A stretch of 64,000 nt of DNA, from NCBI RefSeq assembly GCF_009914755.1, contig NC_060926.1; one strand, written 5' to 3'. Each line of letters opens with the position of its first letter. The first letter of the stretch is position 1. The stretch is from the human T2T-CHM13v2.0 reference genome, Homo sapiens. A program made the translations under genes and the position numbers. Shown one piece after another: positions 1 through 12,728 of this stretch. The notes below the pieces were generated by a model that was given only the letters and a program-made list of their open reading frames with translations, searched no databases and was not told the DNA's origin.

Positions 1-2369
1 GGGGGAAGGAAAACTATACATAGGTAGAATGTGAGAAGAGAGGAGTGTGTCTGAGTGAGTCCAAAGCTAGGCATTGCAGGGATAATGTCTCCCAGTTTTG
101 GTGTTCATAGGGAACAAAAAAAAAAGTCAATAAAATCTGAAACCAAAATGTTCTGCTCTTTGGACCCCACCCTAAATTCCCCCAGTTCTCTTGACTAAGG
201 TGGTGGGGGACAATGCAGGGACCGTGTTTTGTCTTCTTGACCTAGCCGGGGGCAAAGAAGACTGAGAAGGCTGGGCAGAAGGAGGGAGTGCTACTAATCA
301 GCCTCCAAATCACAGCACAGCTGAATATGAATTTGACTTTCCACTGGCAGATTGCAATAATACCATCCTTTGGAATGCCCTTGGAGCTTCCAATTGCTGT
401 CTTTTGGTTTAGATTAAACCTTGACTTAGCTTGCCAAGTGTGAAACCCACCCGACCCTCATGCAGTGTATGTTTTGAGCTCAAATTGAACTTTATAAGGT
501 GCAAGTTAATTTGCATTTGGCAAAATGCAATTTCCTGTTTCTAAGAAAAAGGGACTTTAAAGATTTATTTAAGAGATGCAAATGGCTTCCTGGACATCAA
601 ATAGCTCTTACAAAGCAATATTTTAATAAGTTAAGTGTAAATGAATAAAAAACACATGAATCTGATTTCCCTTGAACTGCAGATGGGTTTAACAAATAGA
701 GGAGGGAAATGGCTTGGCCCTGGGACTTGGGGGTTTTCTCCTTCCAAAATGTTTAGAAAAGTAGATCAAGATGTTAGACAAACCTCTGCACACACCAGGG
801 TTCCCCAGCTCAGATTGTGTATCTCCAGAATTCATGCTCCGTAAACAAAGGGAAGGTTCCAAATCAGCTCCACTGGGCAAGTCTCTCTTACCCACTCTGC
901 TTTCTGCCTGTGCATTGCCAAATCTTCCCTTCTGCCTCTTTCTCCTCCCTCACTCAGAAATGCTGAGGCCATAGTTTCCTCACACCCTCCCCAAAGCCTT
1001 GTGCTCCATTGCTGAGACAACACAGGCATTGGAGCCGGGGGGCCGGCAGTGTGGTCTTTTCTCTCCAGTCTCATCCTCTAGTGTCTGAAGAACTCCTAGC
1101 CCAGGACTTCACTCCAATCTCAGAAACCATAAAAACACTCCCAGTCAACTGCCCTCCACACCATCTGAACAGCTTTCCTCTAGCCCATCCCTCTGAAAAA
1201 CTGAAGCCTGCCAATGGACTTGAGGCTGACTACAAGGTTACAACCCCTGCCTTTCTACTAGATGAGACTTCTTCTTAAGGGGTTGGTGGATTCTGTGGGG
1301 AAATGGTTATGCCATGCAGGCTGAAAAGACAGCTGCCCATCAATGTATGGGAAGTGGTATCTATCCTTTGGGTAGGGCTGGTGGGGGGCATTCATGGAAT
1401 CACAGAAAAAGGCAGTGGCTCTTGGGTAGAAAACCAAGTAATAAAAATGGGCCGTAAGTCAGCAAGATTCGGGATATAGGAATCAGCCCTCCTGTCTTGA
1501 CCTGGATGCCAAGGTGTCTAGGGCCGTGTGTGTGCTCACAGAGAGTGGGCAGAAATTCTAGGATTGATCACAAATTGCAGAAGAGTGACATGCCTTTGAC
1601 TCAGAGGAACTGTATGCATGGTTCTGTCTGTGATTATTTCCTTGTTGCTATCTCCTAATACTTGGAGCAGATTTGTTCAAATGTTCCATTGCATCTAATC
1701 TAGGCTATGAGCTGGAGAGGGAAGACTGGCTTGCTCTTTCTTTGGCCAGAATGACAATGGAGTAACAGTGCTCCCTGAGGTCTTCAGGATGTTGATTCCA
1801 AAACAAAACTAGAGCTGCAGATTAGTTAGAGAGGTCACCTTGAAGGTGATGAGGCATGATTTTCTTAAGGAAGTGGCACTTCCTCACAAGTAGGGAAAAA
1901 ATCAACAGTTTTTAAGGATTCTAGAAGAGGCCATTGCCCTGTTTTCTTCAACACAATTTTGCTGGCCATCAGTCACTATAGGATATCATGCTAGGCCCTG
2001 CCGGTGAGGAGCTGGGATGCTGTAGATTCAAGAAAAGAATAAGACCCAACCCCTGCCCTGGTGGACCTTATTTCTGACCAGGCATGTGCAGAATCAGGTA
2101 ACCTCCAGAGCCTTGGGTGGGACCAACAGCAAATAAATAAACAAGAAAGTCACAAAAGGCTGAGATCAGAAGGCTGCTGCTCCCCAACAGAAGAGGTGCA
2201 CAGCTTTGGCCTTAAAAGAGACTACTTTTAGACTCCTCATTTTTTCTTGCAACCATCTCCTGTAGTCTCATTGGATTTATAAGTAAAGTCCATTACCCAA
2301 ATCGTCAGCTAGCCATGAAGTTATTCAAAAGTGCTGTGTGGTACGGAAGAAGGGGTTATTGGCACACAC

Positions 2370-2545
2370 AGGTCTGGGTTCCAACACCATCTCTCACTCA
2401 CCGTGACATGCACTAGCTGTGTTATCACGGGGAAGTAAACTCCGTGGCTCAGTTTCCTCATCTGGAAAATGGGGCTAGTAATAGACTAAATGGAGCTATT
2501 AAACAAAGAAATATATGTAAAGTGCTTCTGCAAAGAACTTGGCAG
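2370..2545 (+). mobile_element. MIR SINE fragment
   Basis: MIR core ctcagtttcctcatctggaaaatgggg followed by atatgtaaagtgctt. Confidence 0.75.
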
Positions 2546-2617
2546 ACAAATGAGATAACTGACCCATAAAATCAGAATAGCCCAATGTGAAATCTAAGAT
2601 TGAAGAACTAGCTATGC

Positions 2618-2620
<3 letters not shown>

Positions 2621-2650
<30 letters not shown>
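2621..2650. repeat. (AC)15 microsatellite
   Basis: Perfect dinucleotide run read directly. Confidence 0.98.
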
Positions 2651-2652
<2 letters not shown>

Positions 2653-2677
2653 TATAAACACAAATCCTGTACATTCC

Positions 2678-3315
2678 TGTATTTGTTTCCTATTATGGAT
2701 AACAAGTTACTAGAAACTTCATGGCTTAAAACATTCCCCATTGCCTAGTTCAGAGTTTTGCGGGTCAGAAGTTCAGCACACGGTGGACTTTCTGCTCAGG
2801 CCATCGCCAAGACTGAAATCAAGGTGTCAGCTGGATGAGTTCTCTCCGGAGGTTCTGGGGCTCATTTCCAAGCTCATTCAAGTTATTCAAGTTCAAGTCA
2901 TTGTGGTTGTACGACTGCGGTCTGAATGTCTTTGCTGGCTGTCAACTGGGGGCTGCTCTTAGCTCCTCAAAGCTGCCTGCATTCTTTACCACACAGCCTC
3001 CCCTTCGCCGCATGACCCCTCCTTTGTCTTTAAACCAGCAATGAAGTACTTCCCTTGAGTCAAATTTCCTCTGTGCTTCAGATCTCTGACTGCGCCCATC
3101 TCAGACTTCTAGACCCAGATTTAAAGGGTCATATGACTAGGTCAGGCCCACCCAGACGATCTCCCTATTAGGGTAACTGATTTGGGATCTTAATTATATT
3201 TGCAAAAATCTCTCCTCAGTAAGACCTAGATTGGTGTTTGGTTGAATAACTGAAAATGATTTGCACCCAAAAGTTAGAAATTTTGAGTACTCTGTTAGAA
3301 TTCTATCTGCCAGAA
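2678..3315 (-). mobile_element. MLT1E/F-like MaLR solo LTR
   Basis: tgtatttgtttccta...ggcttaaaac...gactgaaatcaaggtgtcagctgg...cttaattatatttgcaaaaatc...ttagaattctatctgccaga resembles reverse MLT1; subfamily uncertain. Confidence 0.7.
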
Positions 3316-3399
3316 TCCCCAGAAAGAGAAAAAAAATAGAAGAATAAAGGAAGGAAGGGAGGGAGGAAGGGAGGGTAGGAGAGGAGAATCTTGTAATTT

Positions 3400-3760
3400 A
3401 CTTAAGAGATTTAAAAATATTTACATCCTCTGCCCCAGTAATTCCATACTGGAGAAGCCAAACCAAGGAATTAATATGAAATGCAGGGGGAAATGTCTTA
3501 TAAACAAAGATGTCCATTGTAGAGTTATTTATAGTAGTTAAAAAATAGAAATAACAAACGCTGAACAACAAAATATAGGTGAAAACATTTATAAAGCAGT
3601 CATGATGGAATGAAAGGGAACCACTTTAAATTGTGCTTACAAAGGTGTTTTTATTGACACTAGTAAATACTAAGCATAACAATGCTTTCTAAATATATAA
3701 AGTCATATATATTTAGTATGAATTCAACTATATAATATTAAAATATATGTAGAGAGATAT
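3400..3760 (+). mobile_element. Ancient L1M (L1ME-like) fragment
   Basis: cccagtaattccatactgg...gatgtccattgtagagttatttatagtag, A-rich. Confidence 0.5.
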
Positions 3761-3884
3761 ATATATAACATCTATCTATATAATTAGCTAGCTAGGTATG
3801 AATACAGATAGATGCAGAAAAGATAAGAAGGGAAAATATCGCAATGTTAATAGAGGTTATCTCCAGAAAGTGGAAAAACACAGG

Positions 3885-4206
<322 letters not shown>

Positions 4207-4276
4207 AGGTGATTTTTATTGGCCTTAATTTTTTTTTTTGAATTGTGGTAACATATGCAAAACATAGAATGTACCA

Positions 4277-4663
4277 TGTATTCGTCCATTCTCCTGCTGC
4301 TATGAAGAAATACCCAAGACGGGGTAATTTATAAAGAAAAGAGGTTTAATTGACTCATAGTTCTGCATGGCTGGGGAGGCCTCAGGCAACTTACAATCAT
4401 GGAGAAAAGTCATCTTAATTTGCAGCCATCTCCTACCTCTTCACAGGGCAGAGGAGAGAGAATGAATGCAAGCAGGGAAAATGTCAGACGCTTATAAAAC
4501 CATCAGATCTCTTGAGACTCACTCATTATCACAAGAACAGCATGGGGGAAACCGCCTCCATGATTCAATTACTTCCACCTGGTCCCACCCTTTACACGTG
4601 GGGATTATGGAGATTACCATTCAAGGTGAGATGTGGGTGGGGGCACAGAGCCAAACCATATCA
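4277..4663 (-). mobile_element. THE1D solo LTR
   Basis: tgtattcgtccattctc...cacagagccaaaccatatca; perfect 5-bp TSD tacca at 4272-4276 and 4664-4668. Confidence 0.9.
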
Positions 4664-4987
4664 TACCACTTTGACCATTTTTAAATGTACAGTTCAGTGG
4701 CATTAAGTACATTTGCTTTGCGCAATCATCACCACCATCCATCTCCAGAACTTTTTCGTCTTCCCAAACTGAAACTCTGTACTCATTAAATACTAGCGCT
4801 CCATTCCTCCCTTTTCCAAACCCTGGCAACCACCATTCTACTTTCTTTATATAAATTTAACTACTCTCCCTACTTCATATAAGTGGAATCATACAGTCAA
4901 TGTCCTTTTGTGACTGGCTTTACTTCACTTAGCATAATGTTCTCAAAGTTATTCCATGTTGTAACAAGTGTCAGAATAATATTCCAT

Positions 4988-5243
4988 CATGCCTGTAACC
5001 CCAGCACTTTGGGAGGCCAAGGCAGGTGGATCACTTGAGCCTAGGAGTTCAAGGCCAGCCTAGGCAACAGAGTGAGACTGCATCGCTACAGCAAAAACAG
5101 AAAAAATTAGCCAGGTGTCGTGGTGCGCTGAGATGGGATGAGTGCTTGAGCCTTTGAGGAGGTCAAGGCTGCAGGGAGCTGTGATTACACCACCACACTC
5201 CAGCCTGGGCAACAGAGAGAGGCCCTATCTCAAAAAAAAAAAA
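4988..5243 (+). mobile_element. AluJ, 5'-truncated with an internal deletion
   Basis: catgcctgtaaccccagcactttgggagg...gaggtcaaggctgcag...A tail; start of right arm missing. Confidence 0.9.
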
Positions 5244-7129
5244 ATTCATATATATATCATGTTTTCTTTGTCCATTCTTCTGTTGACAAACATTTGGACT
5301 GCCTCCACCTTTTGGCTATTGTAAATAATGCTACCATGAACATAGATATGCAAATATCTCTTGAAGACTCTGCTTTCAATTCTTGTAGATATGGACCTAG
5401 AAATGGAATTCCTGGATCATATGGTAATTCTATCTTTAAATGTCTTGAGGAACTGCCACCCAGTTTTCTACAGCAGGTATACCATTTTACACTCCTACTA
5501 GCTATGCACAAGGGTTCTAATTTCTTCTATCCTCACCAACACTTGTAATTTTTTGCTTTTTGAATAATAGCCATCCTAATGAATATGAAGCAGTATCTCA
5601 TTGTGGTTTTATTTGCATTTCCCTAATGATTAGTGATACTGAGCGTCTTTTCATGTACTTACTGACCATTTATCTGTCTTCTTTGAAGAAATGCCTATTC
5701 GGGTCCTCTGCCCATTTTTCTAATTGGATTGCTTTTTGTTGTTGTTGAATTGTAGGAGTTCTTTCATATATTCTGGATTTTAATCCCTTATTGGATATAT
5801 GATTTCCAAATATTTTCTTCCACTCTGTGGGCTGTCTGTTCACTCTGTTTATAGTATCCTTTAGTCCATAAAATAAGTTTTTTGCATATTTCAAAGTTTC
5901 CACAATAAACCTGTAGTGTTTTCAAAATAGGAGGAAACATTTTTTAAACTCTGTGATGCTTATGGAGATGTTTTTATGATATGAAGATATACATATGTAA
6001 TATAGTATTGTTAATTAAAACATGGGAAATTCAGTTATAAATGCAATCAGATATCAACAATGAAAAAAGATCAGAAGGAAAAACAATTTTGTTGTTTTCT
6101 CTGGCTGGTGAGATTGTAAGTGAAAATTTTTTCTCTGTCTACTTTTCTGTGTTTTCTAACTTCCTATAGTAAATGTGTGTTGATTTTAAATGTAGAAGAT
6201 GAAAAACAAGTATTTAAAGGGAGAAGAAGAAAACATCATGGGCATCTATCTGTGCTCTCAAGCATCAAATAAATCTTTAAACGTGCAAAGAAACACAAAG
6301 ATGTGTTTAGGCCCCTTCCCCTGTCCTAAGGGTCTCACTGCCCCTACTTTTTGGGAACAGCTCTCATTCAGGCAGGAGTGGGGCGTGGGGACCTTGTCAA
6401 CACTCATCTCCTCAGAGGCCACCTCCTCAATACACTTTTCCAGCTTATGCATCTGGTAAGGCAGAACAAAGAACAAATTTTCACAAGGGACAAAAGTTTC
6501 TAGTTCTATTTCTGAAGACAATTTCGATTGAAAACTGCTATTGCTTTTATTTAAAAAAGAATTTTCAGATGATAAACATTTTCTTTTATTAAGCTTTGCA
6601 TTCTCTCAAGGTAGGAAACTCAGCAAACACCTTCATATGCTAATTTCCAGAATGAAAGAGCAGAGATAAATGACTCCTCTTACGAAAAGAACTGTAAACA
6701 AACAGGGTCTTCACTTATGGTTTCATTACCTCTATTTAGTCTGTTCTGTGCAGCAGCCAACGTGCACCTGTCTACATATCTGAGGCGTGCATTCATGCAT
6801 TCATGCGCACTTAGCTGTGGGATTCATCACATGCTCTTCCTGGAGTCCTCAGTTGGCTCTAGGCTGTATTTGATGATCCAAGTGCAGGCTTCCTTGAAGG
6901 CAGGGAGCAGTATTTTTAAAACTGGTTGGTACAGGTTACCATCTTGAGGCCAGAGCAGTACTGCAGCTGGGTAGCCACCTGGTTGTGTGATCCTGGAAAA
7001 GTCATTTCATTTTTCTGTGGTATCGTTTTCAGAGAAAAGTCCAGAGATGTCCTTTGTCCTCCACTGAAGGACCCAGCCATTCTCGCTCTTTGTTCAGGTC
7101 TCTCTGCTCAAAACCACCTTCTGTCTAGC

Positions 7130-7360
7130 AATATCTCTCTAGCTCCCATCTCCAGCCCGACTTCATTGTTCATGACACCCATCACTTCCTGACATTATGC
7201 TACGTAATTATGTGCTTCCTTACTTATGTTCGTCTCTCCCATAGAATGTAAGGCTTTTGTCTTATTATCAACTTCTCAGCATCTAGCACAGCACCTGGCA
7301 CCTTGTAGGTGCTCAGTAAGTATTTTGGATGATGTAATACATGAATCAATCAATCAACAA
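7130..7360 (+). mobile_element. L2 3' end
   Basis: agaatgtaag...tctagcacagcacctggcaccttgtaggtgctcagtaagtatttt...gaatcaatcaatcaa. Confidence 0.7.
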
Positions 7361-8149
7361 ATCCATTATTAACTGAAGGTAGCTACTACCTCCTTCATGA
7401 GTTGGTCTGAGAATAACATGAGATTATTTTTGTGAACTTTTCAGATATTGTTCATCTTAGTATCTCCAGTGCCTCAGTCCTTGCATATAGTTAGTGGTTA
7501 GCAAATTTGGTGAATAGGTGCATAAAATAATACATAATGTATTTATTGTCAGTCAACTTCCAATCATCTTTATTAATAAATGGAAAGTGGGCAATGAATA
7601 ATGTGAAACAGAAGCGAATCTAAAAATAATTTCTGTTGGCGGGAACATATACCGTATTATTCATAGCTTGATCTCCCAGTAGCTATCAGCCCAGTCTGTG
7701 AGCCAGGAGCTGTGTACGCATTCAGCATACCTGATGACTCACTCCAGACGCTTCAAGTCCTTTTGGCCCTGTGTTCCAACAAATGTATTCATTTCCTGCT
7801 GCCTTTTGAATCATGGCCTGGCCTGAATTTCTCCATCCCTTCCCTTCAGCTCTGATTTACATGGCCTTTTCTGAGAGCCAGAGGCATCCACAAGCAGCCA
7901 GGGCCAGGGGCAGGCTCCGAGCACCAAGTCCTCTGGTGGAAAAGGCTGGAGCACCAAATGGGGGGAGACCTGGAGGGTGACTCCAGCACAGTATATTCTC
8001 CTCTGCTCAAATGTGGCTTTTCCCCAGGACCTCCAAGTCTCCTGCAGAGCAGAAAACTTCCTGGAACTCTTGGCTTTCTTCTCTTGTGACTTATTACAAG
8101 TACTGCCAACAGCCATCATTTATTTCTTGTGCCTGATTTTGCACTGTTC

Positions 8150-8280
8150 ATGGATTATCTCATTTAAGGCTCAATGTGACCCTTTGAGGTCAGTATAGTT
8201 ATTCTCCTCCTACAGATGAAAAAATGAGGTTCAGAGAGATAAGGTTTTTGCCAGGAATGCGCAGCCAGACAGTGGCCCTG
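8150..8280 (-). mobile_element. MIR fragment
   Basis: attatctcatttaag...tacagatgaaaaaatgaggttcagagag. Confidence 0.7.
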
Positions 8281-8519
8281 GATTGACCCACTTCACCATT
8301 CCTGCCCCTCATTCATTCCCTCAAAAAGCAAATATTACCCTTAGGTGGGTGTTTTGCTCAATGTCACTGGATTCTTACAGGAGGCTTTATTAGCACTTAT
8401 GAGGATATTTTCAATGTAATACTGAATAGGATTCAGTACACCAAAATTTGGGAAGAAGTTAAACAACAGACTTACCTCTGATTATGTTTTGCTCAGAACA
8501 ATATTCATGTAAATTTGTG

Positions 8520-8960
8520 CATCTAGTCAATAAATATTTATTGATTGCCTGCTCTATTTTAGGCACTAGGAATACAGCAGTGGACAAAACTGATAAATCT
8601 CCACCGAAATGTATCTTATGTCCTAGTGGAGAAACACAAAAATAGAGGCAATAGTTAAGGAAGATATTAGAAAAGGTTAGTTAGCAATACAAAAAAGATA
8701 AAGCAGGGAGGGAGAATGGGAGCCCTATGTTGGTGGGAGACATTCAAAGATGGCCTCACTGAGAAGGTGAGATTTGAGGAAAGATCTGAAAGAAGTGAGG
8801 GAGGGAGCCACACAGACGCTGGCAAGAAGAGTAGTTTAGGTAGAGACAAGCACAGGCTCAAAGGTCGTGGGGCAGAAATGTGCCTGGATTAATGGAGACA
8901 CAGCAACAAGGGCAGTGTGTCTGGAGGAGACTAGAAGATGAGGTGTAAGAGGTAAGAGGG
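8520..8960 (-). mobile_element. L2 fragment
   Basis: aataaatatttattgattgcctgc...ggcctcactgagaaggtgagatttgag. Confidence 0.75.
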
Positions 8961-9276
8961 AAGGTTACACCATGCTGGGAAGGGTCCCTGGAGAGCATGC
9001 AGGGGGCCCATGGACTGGGCTGAGAAAAGAATCACAACTGTATTTTCATATCCAGTATGACATGCATGTTGCCTTGCCCAAAACCACCCCATAGTTGAAA
9101 GTTTTTATTCAAACAAGCAACTATAACTTTCACCCTAATCAGTCTTTTAAAATATACTTTAACACACTGATTTTTAAGCATTTTAGTTGCATACTACATT
9201 AATAACAAAATGCATACATTACTATATCCAAATTTTGTTTTTTAATAGCTTAATAACTACGTTCCAATATAATTAG

Positions 9277-9620
9277 CGTTATGGACAGAATGTTTGTGTC
9301 TCCCAAAATTTATATGTTGCAGCCCTAACCCACAATGTTGTGGTATTCGGAGATGGGGCTTTTGGGACGTAATTAAGACATGAAGGTGGGGCTCTATTCC
9401 TAGGATTAATGCCCTTTGAAGAGGAGGGAGAGAGCAGAGGCCATGAAAGAATACAGCAAGGCGGCTGTCTGCAAGCCAGGAAGAGAGCCCAAACCAGAAC
9501 TTGACTATACTGGCAGCCTGATCTCAGACTTCCAGCCTCCAGAACTGCGAGAAATACATTTATTTTGTTTGTCACTCAGTCTGTGATATTTTGTTGAAGT
9601 GTTTCAAGCAGACTAAGATG
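9277..9620 (+). mobile_element. MLT1A-type solo LTR, inside a probable hAT/Charlie remnant (~8970-9740)
   Basis: cgttatggacagaatgtttgtgtctccc...gacttccagcctccagaactgcgagaaata...gactaagatg. Confidence 0.85.
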
Positions 9621-10684
9621 GTTGGTTTCCTTGGAAATTCTTTGTGTTTTTGTGCATTTTAAAACATCCTGAGAAGGGAATAAATGACCTTCATCAGACT
9701 ACCAGAGGGCTCCAGGGCACACCAAGTTTAAGAATCCCTCCTTATGGAATCTTTTGAGTCATTCCAAGAACATAGACTTTTATTCAGATTGGGAAATGAA
9801 GTGTTGGGGAGGTGAGCAGAGGCATCTTTCAAGCTGACTTAGGCCTGCCGATAGGATCACAGTAACTTCTGAGTTGAGAGTAGATTTTGGTCAAAGGCAA
9901 GAAGACCAGTTAGCAAGCTACTGCAATAATCCAAGCAAGAGATGACAGTGGCTTTGACTAAGGTGATATTTTTACTTCTCCCAAATCAAATATACACTAT
10001 GAAACGAGAGAACAAGACCAAGTATGAGAAATCACCAAGGGATTAATGCCTGCAGAGATAATTGAGAGGTGACTGCAGAGTATAGCCAGGGAAGGAGGCA
10101 GTGATTGTAGCTGAGTAGCTAGGTACTTCTTTCTGTAAATGGCAATCCTTTCATTGTAAAAACATGTAAAAAGCCATTTATGAGGTGGCCCAATTCAGAC
10201 AAACAAGACAGTGGAATTACCAGCAATTAATCCCAATTAAGTTAATTCTGAGTACCTGGGCACACCCCTCTCTCAACTCCCCACTCCTTTCCTCTTCCTC
10301 CCTAAACTCCACCTATCAAGTGAGATCGGCATTTTTCAAGATTGAACTCCTTCAAAAACAGTTCAACAGGTACAGAATAGTGGCACACTCAGCAAGGCAC
10401 AGCTGGAGAATCAAAAGTGGGGTTCCCGAGGCATACACTCACGACTGGCTACATAGCTCAAGCAAAGACATATTATGGGGGTAAACATGGAAAGCACTGT
10501 TAGGCAATGGGATCTGGGATACCTCACTGCCAGAGCAGGCTTTGCCTGGTCCTTGAGGAATGAACCATCTGGAAGCTTCCTTTAAGCAAGGGAGGCATCT
10601 TGCTCAGCTTTGTGGCTCAGTGCCTGGCTTGCAGCCACAGCTCAATGCATGGAGCTCCTGAAGGTGATATGTAAATGAATGGCA

Positions 10685-11180
10685 GTGGCTATGACCCACA
10701 AGGATCGAATCCAGCCTACTGCCTTTTGTACTGCCCACAAGCTAAGAAAGGGTCTTAGAATTTTTAAATGATTTTTTAAAAACAAAAGAAAATTTATCGC
10801 AACTACTTCTAATTTTAATTTATGAAATTCAAGTTTGATGTCCACAGTTTGTTTTATTGCTGTAGTTGTTTTGAGACAAGGTTTCACTCTTTTGCTCAGG
10901 TTCTGGTGCAAGGGCATGATCATGGCTTGCTGCAGCCTTGAACTCCTGGGCTCAAGCAACTGTTCCATCTTTACCTCCCAAAATACTGGGATTACAGGCT
11001 TGAGTAACTACATCAGCCCCATAAAATACAATTTTATTGGAACATAGCCACACTCATTTATTTACATATCATTTGCAGCTGCTTAACGAATTGAGTAGTT
11101 GTGACAGAGATCACCTGCTCCACAAAGCCTAAAATATTTACAATCTGGCCCTTTACAAAAAAAACTTTACTGCCACCTGA
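10685..11180. mobile_element. MER58B-like hAT MITE, interrupted by an Alu monomer
   Basis: ttttattggaacatagccacactcattta...aaagcctaaaatatttacaatctggccctttacaaaaaaa. Confidence 0.8.
10868..11019 (-). mobile_element. Free Alu monomer (FRAM/FAM-like)
   Basis: Single ~150-bp Alu arm: gagacaaggtttcactc...ctgggattacaggcttgag. Confidence 0.75.
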
Positions 11181-11399
11181 TCTGTGTGAATGGCTCTCCC
11201 TAGAATTGTGCAGTGCACAATCTATGCCACCAAACATGGCTGCCTTGGCCCAAGACCTTGGTCCTGGCTCGTTTGGTTTCCACATTGTGCACATCTTACC
11301 TGGGCTTAAACCATATGCCTTCTTTTTCATGGGGGACTTTGCACACACTTCTTGGACTGTGAGGAACCCTCCTACCAGGTCTTCAAACAGCAGGGACTT

Positions 11400-11665
11400 A
11401 TCCTTCAGCTCTCAGCGCAGATGCCCTCTCCTAAAAGAAGTTTTCCTCACCATTCTCTCAGTGTCATAATTTATTTTCTCCCATTTATCATTATCTGAAA
11501 TTATGTTGCCTGTGCATGTATAAACTTGCTCAAATCTGTCTTCCCCCACTAGAATGTGCACTCAGCAGATGAAGCACTTGGTCCCATCCCTGCTATATCT
11601 CTAGCACCTGGAGTAGTGCCTACCACATGGCAAGAGCCCAACAAATATTTCTCAAATGCATTGAA
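11400..11665 (+). mobile_element. L2 3' end
   Basis: tctgtcttcccccactagaatgtg...ctagcacctggagtagtgcctaccacatgg...aacaaatattt. Confidence 0.7.
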
Positions 11666-11830
11666 AAATTCTATGCCAATAGAAACCTTTAAAAATACTT
11701 AGGGACATGAGATTTTACTATATTATTCTATTTTTATACATTTTCAAAATTTTTCATTTAAAAAAATCTGCACACAGCCAGGTGTAAACTACCATTCGGT
11801 TGTAAAAGCAAAATAAAAATATTTCAAACA

Positions 11831-12163
<333 letters not shown>

Positions 12164-12728
12164 TTACAGACTTATGGCCTACAACTACTCTTCTGTATCT
12201 TTTGCCAAAACTTGGAGCTGGGTATAAGAAATTAAGAGTGTCTCACAAAAAACAAAACAAAACAGTGGAACAGGCAAGAAGGCTCTTTCAACTGCAAATG
12301 TCAAAGACTAAATTCAGACTTATTTAAGCAAAGTAAAACAAAACTGAAAAGTCCAAGGGGCACATTCCCTTCAGGTACAGTGGTATCTAGAGGTCAAAAC
12401 GCTGTATTCAGGACTTGGCCTCTCTCAGAGTGACTGGGCTGGCCTGGCTTTACTCTCAGACAGGCTCTCTGTGCTGTTGCAGCTCTCATGGTACTAGAGA
12501 GAACCATTCCCATTCCTACCAGGACTGTCATAAAGCCCCAGGAGGACTCTGGCCTAGCTTGGGTCATGTGCTCCTTCCAAACCCATCACTAGGCCAAAAA
12601 GATGCAGTCCTTGGGTCAGCCTGGGCCATGGTCAGGGAATAGAAAGTAAGGGAGTGGCAGCCAGAGCCTGCCCAACCCAAAACCCACCAACAGAACAGGA
12701 ATATTGTGATACACCACAGGAAGAAGGG

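Larger units (their letters stand above)
4228..5870 (-). mobile_element. L1MB-type 3' end, interrupted by a THE1D LTR and an AluJ
   Basis: ttttaaatgtacagttcagtggcattaagtacatt...ccctggcaaccaccattctact...tctcattgtggttttatttgcatttccctaatgattagtgat. Confidence 0.85.
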
